Shown here: piece after piece, positions 51,660-63,335 of the stretch | Layout: each line of letters opens with the position of its first letter | Numbering within the stretch: the first letter of the stretch is position 1 | Origin: Sphyrna mokarran | Taxonomy: Eukaryota | Assembly: GCA_024679065.1 (NCBI GenBank) | Contig: JAGIQG010000016.1 | Span: 46,810,001-46,874,000 of the forward strand | Direction of reading: 5' to 3' | DNA length: 64,000 bases | Notes under the pieces: model-generated | Databases searched by the model: none | What the model was told of the DNA's origin: nothing | What the model saw: the letters and a program-made list of their open reading frames with translations, nothing else | Translations under genes and position numbers: made by a program

Positions 51660-53790
51660 GTGTTTTTTGATTAATTTATGGGATGTGGGTGTGACTGGCT
51701 GGCCAACGTTTATTGCCCATTCCTAGATGTCCTTCAGAAGGTGGTGGTGAGCTGCGTTTTTCAACTCTGGCATCAGTATTTATTTATTTAATGAATTCAC
51801 AGTCCTAAGCCAAGTAGTTTCTTCTGATTCTGCTGCGTTGAGAACTGCCTTGTAGATGGTGGACAAGCTTTGGGTGTCAAGAGGATTCCTAGCCTTTGAT
51901 CTGCTCTGGCAGCCACAGTATTTACATGGCTAGTCCCGTTCAGTTTCTGGTCAATAGTAACCCCTAGGATTTATTGGTGAGGGATTCAGCGATGGTAATG
52001 CCAAAGGATGTCAAGGAACAATGGTCAGATCTCTCTTATTTGAGATGTTCATTCCCTACACTTATATGGCATGGATGTTACTGGCCATTTGTCAGCCTAA
52101 GCCTGGATACTGTTTAGGTCTTGCTGCATTTAGTTGTGAATTGCTTCAGTATCTGAGGAATCACAAATGTTGCTGAACATTGTGCAATCATCTGCGAACA
52201 TCCCCTCTTCTGATTTTATGAAGGTCATTATTGATGAAATAGCTGAAGACAGCTGGGCCTGGGACACTACTGAATGCTACAGGCGGGATGTTTACTACAC
52301 TACTGAAGAACTCCTAAAGTGACATCCTGGACATGAGATGTCCTGGACCTCTAATCACCACAACCATTTCCCTTTGCACCAGGTATGACTTTAACCATTG
52401 AACATTTTGCCTTCTGATTCCCACGGATGCTGATTTTGCTAGGGCTCCTTGATGACACACTTACTGAAACACTCCCTTGATATCAAGGGAATCACTCTCA
52501 CCACACCTCTGGCATCCAGTTCTTTTGTTCATTTTTGAATGAAAGCTGTAATGAGGTGAGAAACTAAGTAATCCTGGCAAGACCCAAACTGAGCATCTGC
52601 GAGCAGATTCTTACTGAGTAAGTGCCATTTGATAGCAATGTTGAGGGCCTTTTCCATTACTTTTCTGATAATCGAGAGTAGATTGATGGGGAGGTAATTA
52701 GCCAAAATGGATTTGTAGGAAACAATTCTGAGTTGCTGGATCTATTCAAAATCTATTTCATTTAGTACGGCAGTGGTGCCACAGAACACAATGGAAAATA
52801 TCCTCTATGTAAAGGTGAGGCTTAATCTCCGCAAGAACTGTCCAGTGGTGATTCTTATTGAAACTTTCTTGGACAGATGCATCTGTGGCAAGTGGGTTGA
52901 TGAGAATGAGGTTAAGTACTTCTTCCTTCTTGTTAGTTTTTTTCACCATCTACCAGTCTCAGTCAAACAGCTATGTCTTTTAGGACTTGGCCAGCTTGGT
53001 CTGTGGTGGTACCATCAAGCCACTTGTGGTGATGGACATTGAAGTCCACCACTCAGGGTACATTCTGTGCTCTTGCCACCCTCAGTGCTTCCTCCAAGTG
53101 GTGTTCAATGTGGAGGAGTACTGATTCATCAGCTGAGAGCGACACTATGTGGTAATCAGCAGGTGTTTTCCTTGCCCATGTTTGACCTGACATCATTAGA
53201 CTTCATAGGTCCAGAGTTGATGTTGAGGACTCCCAGTGCAACTCCCTCCCAAATGTGTGCCACTATGCCATCACCTCTATTGGATCTGTCTTATCAGTGA
53301 GATGGGGCATGTCCAGGAATGGTGGCGGTGGTGGTGGTCCCTGGGACACTTTCTGTAGGGTATGATCTGTGACTATGACTATTTTAAGCTGTTCTGATAC
53401 AGTTCTCCCAATGTTAGCACCAGCCCCAGATGTTAGTAGGTAGGACTTTACCGGGTGAACAGGGTAAAGTTTGCCATTGTCATTTCCAGGGCCAAGGTCA
53501 ATCCCTGGTAATCTGTTCAGTTTCATTCCTTTGTGTTTTCTTCGGGATTATTGAATACAACTGACTGGTTTGCTACACTATTTTAGATGGCTTTAAACAG
53601 TCAACTATATTACTGTGGGTCTGGAATCACATATATACCCTAGACCAGAAAATGACAGTAGGTTTCCTTCCCTAAAGGACATTGGGGTGAACCAAGTGGA
53701 TTTTTATGACCTTGGACAGTAATTTCATGGTCATCATTAGACTCCAAATGTACTCAAGTTTAAATTCCACCACTGATCCACCATCAGAGG
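51660..53790 (-). mobile_element. Internally deleted CR1-group LINE: SINE-like 5' segment, APE endonuclease, RT, 3' tail
   Basis: Reverse strand: QLKIVIVT (PDIVxLTE-like), VDFNVHH (GDFN), LDIK..F, GMFADDCT at ~52180-52205, and a tail shared with the tRNA SINE; 53560-53790 matches the SINE body. Confidence 0.88.
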
Positions 53791-55629
53791 CAGAGAGTCA
53801 CTTTACCTCTTGCACAACATGCTGTCTCATAATGTATCACTCAACTAGAGATCTTTGGTTACTTCTGACGTTTTGGCAGAGATTAGGCAAACAAAAAATA
53901 TGAACATATAGAATAGAAATTCAGTCCTATTTTAAATGCTAACACATAATAAAACTGGTCTTAAAAAATTCAATTGAAGACATTTAGTAATTTTTCACAT
54001 TTGAAAGATTCAAGATTATCTTAGAGGTGTTAGCTATCTTCAGTTTCTTCGATGCCTGTTATGATCAATAGATATATAACTGTACAGGTCACTACAGGTA
54101 GAAACTGATTTCCACATACTAGCCAAGACAAAATCAAACATCATTTTCTTTATTTTGTAAGTTTAACCCTTAGTGCAACAAAAATAACCTTTGACTTCGT
54201 TACATAGAATAATGCTGTGCAATTTTGAAAAAACAAGTACCATTTACAATTTATAAACTCTTCACTTTAATTGGCTTTGCCAGCAATGGCTCCAAATTTG
54301 TAGAAATGGTCCTCTTGTGCTCCATTTGTCACATTTTCTCCCCTTGCCTTTTAGTTTAAAAATTTGGGTTGCAAATTGCTAGAAATACCATATGAAAGCT
54401 ACACTGTGTCTGGGACTTGGTGAACATCAAGAGTAACAGCCTATCTTCTTAACAAAGGTTAGAGAAAGAAACAGGAATGAGTGAGAAGGAAATAGAGTCA
54501 AGTTGGTACAGAAAAAGATAAAGAAAAAGAGGCAGAAGAGGAGGTAGGAAAATGATTAAAACAATTAAAACTTTTAGAGATCTCCAGGAACAAGATAGTA
54601 CAGTTTCAATAGTTCTGTTTCTGAGTCAGGGAGGTAAATAGCACTGCAAGATCTTTTTAATAAAAGTTATTTGCTACATTGCGTACCCATCTTAGTTTTA
54701 TCAGTGCAAATGCTTCAAATTCATGGGGATGTTGAATGTAAGCTCCTATTTTTTGTAAGTTGAACAACAGTGTCACAAATTATTCAGTAATATCACATGA
54801 ATCACTTTCTCACCACAAGTTGGGTACTTTTTTTACACAATAACTAGGTGCACATCAAACTTGCCATAATTTTCCCAGCAAATTGTGGACAATCTTTGAC
54901 AATAACCTTTTTAGTGGTGCAGACAGTCTTCAATTTCTGTACTAAATCATACAACTGGAGCACTAAGATATAAATTGGATTTATCACTTTGATTGATCAC
55001 CCAGACTATGTGCTTCCACAGAAAATGTATTTTTTTTAACGCTATCCTGTGAACGTCTGAATAAATTGCATCCAACAAAATGTTTTTTGCACTCCTGTAT
55101 GCTGTCAACTTACCTCAATCAATACAAGCATTATTGCTTCTTGTATAAAGCTTTTATATTATATAATCTATCAAATCTTGCCCTAAAGGTTAAATAACTG
55201 ATGTGCCGAGTAAAAGAAAAATAGAATAATTTTACCTCAGATGCATCTCAGAAGATGCCACTTGATAGTAGAGACAATAATTTTCTTTACTATTGGCAAG
55301 CTTTTAAATTACGACTATAGTCACTGTTTAAACTGATGACTATCTATTAAACATTGTAGAAGTACCAAATCTACAACATGCTTGCCATGTTCTAATATTA
55401 TCACTTCTTCAGTCTTTTCACGACACAAGATTAATGCTTTTGCTTATATCTTGAATTAGAATATGTAGATCTACATAGTAGCACCATGCGAATTTCCCCA
55501 TCTTTAATATGCAATTCAACAATTTTAAGCAAAAATAAAACAATTTTTGATAGCCAGAACAAATCACAAACAGACCCAAGTCAATCAACAGGTTTAGGCC
55601 TTTTATCAGTATTATCCATCAATTCTCTG

Positions 55630-55860
55630 AATGTCGACTCGAGAATAGCTTCTTCTCTGTTACCATCAGATTTTTGAATGGATCTACCTTATATTAAGCT
55701 GATCTTTCCTGCATCCTATGTATAACTGTAACATATATTTTGCACCCTCTTCTCTCCTTCACTATGTACTCTATGAACGATATTTTTCTCAGTATAGCAA
55801 GCAAAAAACAATGTATCCCAATACATGTGACAATAATAAATCAAATCAAAGTCAATCTCA
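55630..55860 (+). mobile_element. Rex1/Babar 3' end
   Basis: RLENSFFSVTIRFLN frame plus 3' UTR closely resembling 3190-3411, ending AATAATAAATCAAATCAAA. Confidence 0.85.
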
Positions 55861-56215
55861 GGTTGATTATGTAAGAATATACTCTATGCATACTAATATG
55901 TAACCAAAAACACAATTTAGCTTGAAAAGTAACTATTCATAAAATTAATATAGTATACTGGAATTTATTTACCAGTTTTATTGATCTCTTGTAATGTTGG
56001 TTCATTCATAAATTTCTATTGCCCTTCTAATACAGATCATTCAAATAGATTTACTCTGAATTTCACAGAGGCAGATAAATTAAGTAGAACTAACTGATTT
56101 TTACATCAAACCATCTGAACTTCTAAAATTCAGAATCATGTATTTATTCACATGATCATAAGACACAGGAGCAGTAAGCCATTCGGTCCATCAGGCTTGT
56201 TCTATCATTCATTAA

Positions 56216-56630
56216 GGGTAGATGTGAAAAGGATGTTTCCTCTCGCTCGCGATTAGGGATCATAGGGAGGGATTTTACGGCCTCACTCAACCTGAGAGCG
56301 GAAAGTCTTGCCCGAGGTCAACGGACCTTCACATTGCCCTCGCTTCGTCTGCTCCGATTCCCATGACAGTTGGGGCAGTACTAATCCAGCAATAATCTCA
56401 GAGTTAAGGATCATGCCATGTAAGAATGTGAGGAGGAATTTCTTCACTAAGTGGGTGATGTATCTTTTAAATTCTCTACCCCACAGGGCTGTGAAAGCTC
56501 AATCATTGAGCATGTCCATGAGAGAAATAGAGGAGAAAAATAACGTTTGAAATAAATGATCGATCATGATTTCTTTGAATGGTGGAATAGGCCTAATGAG
56601 CCAACTGGCTTACTCCTACTCCCATGTTCT
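56216..56630 (+). mobile_element. CR1 3' fragment interrupted by a MITE (~56264-56392)
   Basis: VDVKRMFPL..GH / LRVK..NVRRNFFTKWV..LNSLPHRAV; MITE GGGAGGGATTTTAC...CTAATCCAGC inserted at CATA. Confidence 0.8.
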
Positions 56631-57799
56631 TAAATTAACTGCTGTTCAGTTGAAAATATCTGAGCAATCAGTAAGTGTCATAACTGCAGAACTAGTTGGA
56701 AACATGAAATGTCTCTCGCTCCAAAAAACTGCTGAACCTAACTAGAAGAGCAACCTAACTATTTGACTTCAGAAGCCATCATTGTTGCTGAACACATCTA
56801 ATCATCTTCAAACATTCACTCCAGACAGCCACCATGTCAATTGCAAGCTAAGCAACTCCAAAGGTGTCATAAAGGACCAGACAGAATCTCATCCATATAC
56901 GTATCCTTTATCTTTACCTGTAATTAACATGTATGGATTCCGTTAGTAACTTTATTACTTCTACTTACATAACTTGCAGCAGTATTTTGTAATAAACAAC
57001 TGAATCAGATTGCCACTGAACTCAAAAGTTCCTAATGGAGAATCTGGACAATCCTATTTTGTCTGATCTTCTGACTCAAATTGGTGAGATCTGGGCTGTG
57101 CATTGAATCCTCGGAGTGTGGTGTCTAAGCCACAGGTAAGAAAGCCACAGCACTTTTTTCCAGCACTAGCTGCTGGAACCAGTTAAGTTTAAAGGTTCTT
57201 GGATGGGGAAGTCTAAGGAGATGTTGGGCGTTGGGGTGTATTGAAGTAGGCCTGGTTTAGGGAGTTGGCATTGGGTCGAGTTTTAGGGTAGGGGCAAGAG
57301 TTTCAGATCAGACCTTGGTAGGTGGAGTGTTGGTTCTGGTTTTGGAGGGGTTGAGCGGATCAGGTTGGGCCTAGAGAGTTGAGGGGGGTAGGGGAGAGGT
57401 GACTGTGAGTCAGGTCAACCCTTAGGGAGTTAGGAGGATATCCAGTTGGAACTTTGGGAGGGAGTGAGGAGTGTTGGGGGAGGTAGGGCCTTGGGTGACT
57501 GTTTGGAGGGGATGCCTGGGTCTGGACTGAGAACTGGGCTTGGTGGGGATGAGAATTGGGTTTGGTGGCAGCGAGGTTGGATAGCAGAGATGAGCTTCAC
57601 AGGGAGTGGTCCCTGGACAGCCAGGACCATCCGAAGTCCGTGGTTTAAATTGCATTTTTGGATGTTTCTCAATGCAGGTGAAGTTTACACTTTCCAGGCA
57701 AGTGTCATGCAAACATTACCTGGGTGTCCTGGAGCTCAGAAGCTACAGTCTTTTATCTTGTGCCAGATTAATGCTTTGCTCTTCATATTGTTAATTTGC

Positions 57800-57800
<1 letters not shown>

Positions 57801-57852
<52 letters not shown>
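57801..57852. repeat. (CA)n microsatellite
   Basis: Perfect AC dinucleotide run. Confidence 0.98.
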
Positions 57853-57854
<2 letters not shown>

Positions 57855-59689
57855 CTTTGAATGAATCTTTCTCATATATGGGTTCAAGTTGTAAGAGACA
57901 AATGGACAATCTTCTAACTCATTGTGCTGTTTGGTCCCATGTACCAACCAATTCCCAATGTGTGTGTGAGCTTTACCCACTCCTTATGACGATGAAAAGT
58001 GAACATTTGTGCCACAAGTGACTTGGGCCCAGCCTAGCTGTACAATGGAGATTGTGGTACAATCTTGATTCTGCTGATGTTGTCAACAGTATCCTACACA
58101 TTCAGAATGTGCCTGTGTTACACCAGCAATTCCACCTGAAATTTACTCCAATTGCTGCATAAAAATTCCAGTACAGTGTAGCTAACCTCCTCTTTAATCT
58201 CCTCTTACCGAGTAATTGTATGCTGGAGTATTTATTGTATGTCCGCTCGCGTGCCAAGATACACTGACTATTGGAGGAAAGCATGGTGTTATTTCTGTTG
58301 CATTGCTGCCCAGTCAGCTTGAGTGAGGTGGTAGGTCATTCATCATGTGGTGCACACCTTCTGGTTCCCTAGTACAATAAATACATTAATCATCTTGCAG
58401 ATTAATGAATCATTGTGAACACGATTGTTCCTTCCACTATATTGTTGCTGAGCATATCACGAATATATGCCATTTTGAAAAAGTCTTGGCACTGCCACAT
58501 GTCATAATCCATGCACTAACATTTCATAAGCTATGTGCTAATGTGTCAATAACTGCAGTACTTCATTGTATATTCATCCAGAAAAGCAAAGTTCCTTTCA
58601 TTAAGTTTACTGAGAAGGCATTAATCCTGAAAATGTACGTTAATGATTATAACTTAAAGCCAACAAGACAAATCTTGCTCCTAATACCAAACTGGTTCAC
58701 CAAGTAGCACTCCAGACAATCCAATGCGACTTTAGTTTACATTCCTTACTTACGGATATTGAGAGCAGTTAGAGATTCGGAAAGTGCTGTTGTTAAATAC
58801 TATTTCTTATCAGTGAATGAATTCTAAATCATGACACCAAAAATTATTAATGTCAGCAGCTTAAGATATTGGCAAATTGATGGGAGCACGGATTTGGACT
58901 TCATAAGACTAATAATGTAATGCTGGTATGGATTGCTGCTTGGTTGTGAGCAAGACCAATGCACAGTGCCCAATGTAATGGGAGAGTGACAAGGTTATAA
59001 GTAAGCATTTGGGAAACTACTCAATGCATTTCTGTGCCAAACATTTTCAGTACAGAAAACATTGAATATTCTCCAATGTTTTGCAGATAAAAAGAACAAG
59101 ATGGAGAATCCAAGATAGCCAATTGAAGAGATAAGCCAAGCGAGTGAACACATTTCATGAGCACTGCTAGCAACATTCCTTTATAATAGGTCTTCTACCA
59201 AATGTCATTGCTAAGGCATTCAAACCACATTATCTTTCATGCACTTGGCCCCAATTTTATTATTATTTGCTTTCTCTGAGCAGTTCTTGAGATTGGAGAG
59301 GATGGTAAAGTAAGGTGACACCATCCAATGAACAGGATATACATTGATAAGGCTCATGGTCTCTTTTCATATGTTGATTTTGCTTTTGTCTCATTTTTTA
59401 CTTGAAGCTTTTTATGAATGAATGATCCTAAGAATTTTATAAAAATAACTGGATTCAACCTCTTTACTTTTTTGCAAATTAAAATGTGGAAAATTGATAA
59501 ACTATGAACTAAGATGCTGTCTGATTTACAACACCCATTTATTTCAAGGCAAATGAGTAAGAAGAAGACTACAGTAATGTAATAACTGCATTGTATGTTG
59601 CACAAACTCACGAATGGGCCCAAGACATTACTTCCAGCCCAGTAATCTGCCCAGTCTACCTCAGATTACCTGTGCCATATTAGTATTTG

Positions 59690-59985
59690 CCATTAATCTC
59701 AGAGTAAGGGGTCGTCCATTTAAAACAGAGAAAAGAAGGGACTTCTCTGAGAGGTTGGTGAATCTGTGGAATTCTTTACCACAGAGAACTGTAGTGGCTG
59801 GGTGATTAAGTACGTTCAACGCTAAGACAGATAGATTTGTAATTAATAATGGAATCAAGAGTTATGAGATAAGGTGGGACAGTGGAGTTGAGGATTCTCG
59901 CATGAGATCAGTCATGATGTCACTGAGCAAGAGCAGACTCAATGGGCTGAATGGTCTACTTCTGCTCCTGTGTCTTATGGTTTAA
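59690..59985 (+). mobile_element. CR1 LINE 3' fragment
   Basis: NLRVRGRPFKTEKRRDFSERLVNLWNSLPQRTVVAG; tail GGGCTGAATGGTCTACTTCTGCTCCTGTGTCTTATGGT. Confidence 0.9.
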
Positions 59986-59989
59986 TGCC

Positions 59990-60690
59990 ACTAACAGGAG
60001 ACTGCTATCAAATTATAAAGACATTATGCCAATCACACAAATGAGGAATGTGATATATGAATTGCAGTGCCAATGTGATGCTAGATATGTAGCCATTTGT
60101 CCCAAAGATTGATGGATTGTATCAAACAACATGTCATTCCCACTGTTTGTAACAGAAAAGTACTGACTGCACCCAACCAGCCTGTGCTTGTAAAACTCAA
60201 AACATGCTGCCTCATTAGATGTGATTCAGTGACTGGACAACATTTGCTAAATAATCTTCAGTGTGCTAAGAATTAAACCAATGACAAGTTTAGGATTGTC
60301 AATCAGGCTCGTAATTTGGCACGTTGGCATGTGCTGGAAGCTACAAGTATTAATACACAGGGCCCTATTCTTTGCAGACATAAAGAACAGTACACACATT
60401 GCAGCTATTTTAGCTAAACAAAATCAGTGACGTCCATTCAATGGTTTATTCTACAGGGAAATGCCCTGATCAAGCTGAGTGAAGTTGTCTGGTTTACATT
60501 TCAAACACTGTTTGGCAATTAACTGTCAGTCACCATCAACTGGTGGACTCTCCATGGCAACACCTCCACCAGTCAGAGTTCACTTGCCAACCAATCAGCA
60601 CTCTTTTCTCATACAGTATAAACTTGTTGATTTTCTTGACATTGTACTGTTGTAAAAGCTCCAACAAACAAGTCTCTTTCCTCAGCAATA
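59990..60690 (+). mobile_element. Penelope-like element remnant: GIY-YIG endonuclease plus 3' region
   Basis: KDIMPITQMRNVIYELQCQCDARYV..., IKQHV, CDSVTGQHLLNNLQCAKN, FRIVNQARN..VLEATSINTQGPILCRHKE. Confidence 0.85.
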
Positions 60691-61355
60691 CTCAAGTAAT
60701 ATAACTTGGAAATTGGTAAAAATTGATTGTTAATATAACTCTATCCACTTTAAATTTGTTAAATCTAGTGAATTGTAAGCATTCAAATTCCATGTTCCTG
60801 TCATGTTGGAATGGAGATGGATGAGATTTTAAGTTAATGGGCAGGGCCCAATTGTGGGATTCAACATGTTCTTTTTCCCTGACGTGCTGAGCTTCCCCAT
60901 CATATTTCTGGGACATCCTTCTTTGGTTAGTTGTTTAATTGTCCACCTCATAGCATGGCCAAACAGACTGATTATCAACCTGCAAATTCTTCCCATGCCT
61001 ATGGCAGATGATAGAGCAGGACAGCCTCCCAATCATCCAGAATTTCGTGTGCAGCAGCAAAGCAGCCTCCCCACACTAAAATACTCAACGTGCAGGTTCT
61101 TGTCAAGGGCTTTACTCCATCACACATAGTCCCCTCAAAGTGAGGAGGATATCAGAAGAATTGTCCACCACATTCACCACTGGATGTGGCTGGACTACAG
61201 AGCTTTGATGCGATCCAATGGCTTTAGGATTGCTTAGCTCTGTCTACATCATGCTGTTCCCACTAAATTTCTGCTAAATCCTCTAATGTGAACAGGATTG
61301 TGCCACATTTATGCCAGGTAAATTTCTCACTCAGAATTGTTGGTTTGCCACAGGT

Positions 61356-61468
61356 TGGGTGCAATTTTCCAGTCGCACTCACCCAAAGATTGGAGAATCC
61401 CACCCAAAATCAATAGACCTTTGCATGATCCGTGTCCCATCCGCTACAATTCCTGGAAAATTCCATCC
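61356..61468. mobile_element. Short MITE (Harbinger-like)
   Basis: TIRs GGGTGCAATTTTCCAG / CTGGAAAATTCCATCC. Confidence 0.7.
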
Positions 61469-62744
61469 ATTAAATATTCTGCTGCCTGATTTAAAGCAGT
61501 TTCAGTCAAGTGAGAATGATTAACGAATCGCCTAAACTGATCTGTTATATGGCTCCAAATCTGTGTCTTGAATTGATGGTTTCTGTTAGTAGCCATTTTA
61601 AACTAAACTTCCACATGATATATCTCCAGACACATTTGACATCAGACTGTGTTAGGAAGAGGGATTTTTGTGAACAAAGATCCAAACTACACCATAACTC
61701 TTCAAATAATTCATCCCTGAAAATCAAGCTGTTCCGTGAAGTATTTGGTGAAAGGGGATCAGAACTGGCTTTCTCTTCAAGTTATCCACTTCATTAGGCA
61801 TAACTTGTAGTGACTTTGACTGCAGTCCATGACCTCTGTCAAGTAGGCATGTGTCATAATCAAACAGCACTGCAAATATTTTTGTTAGCTTTTTACATGC
61901 AGTTTTAAAGTAAAATTCCACTGCTAACATTTGTTACCATCCCTATCCAACTAGCAAACATTAGACTTGGAGAAGCAGGATGATTTTTAACTTCTCATGT
62001 AAGGATAACCATGCCTTTTGAATCAGAATCCTGAAATACCATTTGAAACATAAACATTTCCAGAGGGTTGATATTAACCTGATCTCAGTCGTAAACAATG
62101 TTCACTGTGTTGTGGGGTCCCGATGGGGACAGAAGCAATTTGGTTTCTGCAAATTCCTAACTTTGTAGAAATCAACAGTATCTCCTTCAGAACTGATGAT
62201 ACGTTTGAAATAAATTTAAATGCCCCATTTTATAAAATACATCATATCATCATTTCAACATAAATATCTTGATTTTAGCGCAATGGAACTAACCATTTAG
62301 AGGATGGTAAAAATTAGTACATTACCTATGCTTCAAGAGTACCATCTACAGAAATGCAAGTATAGGCCAGGATTCTCCCTGTGCTGGTCGAGTAGTGCAG
62401 CAGGCCAGGAGACATCTGTGGGGGAACCTTCAGTGGGACTAGCAACAGCATCTGGCCGATCTCTGAGGCCTTATTTTTGGGCATAATCAGCTCCATACCA
62501 GAAACTACCCCGCTGACAGATCAGCACATGTGCAGTAGCCCTCTTGCAACGTTGATACTGGTCTCTCCTGGGGTATTGCACATTCTCATGAATAGGCCTA
62601 AGGTGCCATTCTTGGACCCAAAAAGTGTCTGATTTTCTACCTTGGAAAGATAGACCATCTCAAAACTTTGAGTAACAAGTGAATCTATTATGCTGTGGTG
62701 ACACAATTTTTTTTTTCTCATTAACTGGAATGTCAATAAGCCAA

Positions 62745-63335
62745 AAAGACTTGCTGCCTGCCACTCAAATAAGTAATTTGGCAGGTAAATTTCAGTGTCA
62801 GTGCAATGCCAGATATGTAGGCTGTATGTCCCCATGACTAACGGATCATTTCAAACAGCCAGTCCCTTTGGCTGTTTGCAAGTACTGAGTGTATTTAACA
62901 AACTTATGCTTGCAAAACTCAGAACACAGTGATAAATATATTAATGTTATTCCGTGATTGGACATCACTTGTTGAATAGTTCTAAGTGTACTAAGAATTA
63001 CACTAGCAACTAATTTAAGATTATCAGTCCGGCTCACAACGTAACTCATTTATCCTTGTTCGAAGCTATATATTATCGTTTGCAGAGACCTGCCCTCTTG
63101 AGCAAAGGAAATATGTTTGGGTGTGGCATCTTTTTTGAATAAAAAGAACCATGGTAGGAGCAATAACCACTGGATGCATTCTCCGTGGCAATATTTTGAC
63201 CAATCAAAGCTGATTTATTAACCAAACAGCCCCTTTTTCTTACGCAGCACAAATTGTTGTTCCCTTTGAAATTTTGTATTCTTGAATCTATCCTGATAAG
63301 ATGAAAAACTTTGATAGCAATTTCTTTTATCTGCA
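62745..63335 (+). mobile_element. Second, more diverged Penelope GIY-YIG remnant
   Basis: KDLLPATQISN...KFQCQCNARYVG, VIGHHLLNSSKCTKNY, FKIISPAHN..LFEAIY; homologous to 59990-60690; ends near CCTGATAAGATGAAAA. Confidence 0.8.

Noticed and set aside
57446-58021. 191-aa ORF with HT repeat
   Set aside because: It runs through a G-rich repeat element and a (CA)n microsatellite, so it is a compositional artefact.
60830-61290. Faint resemblance to a Harbinger transposase N-terminus
   Set aside because: Too degenerate to support by eye; needs a profile search.
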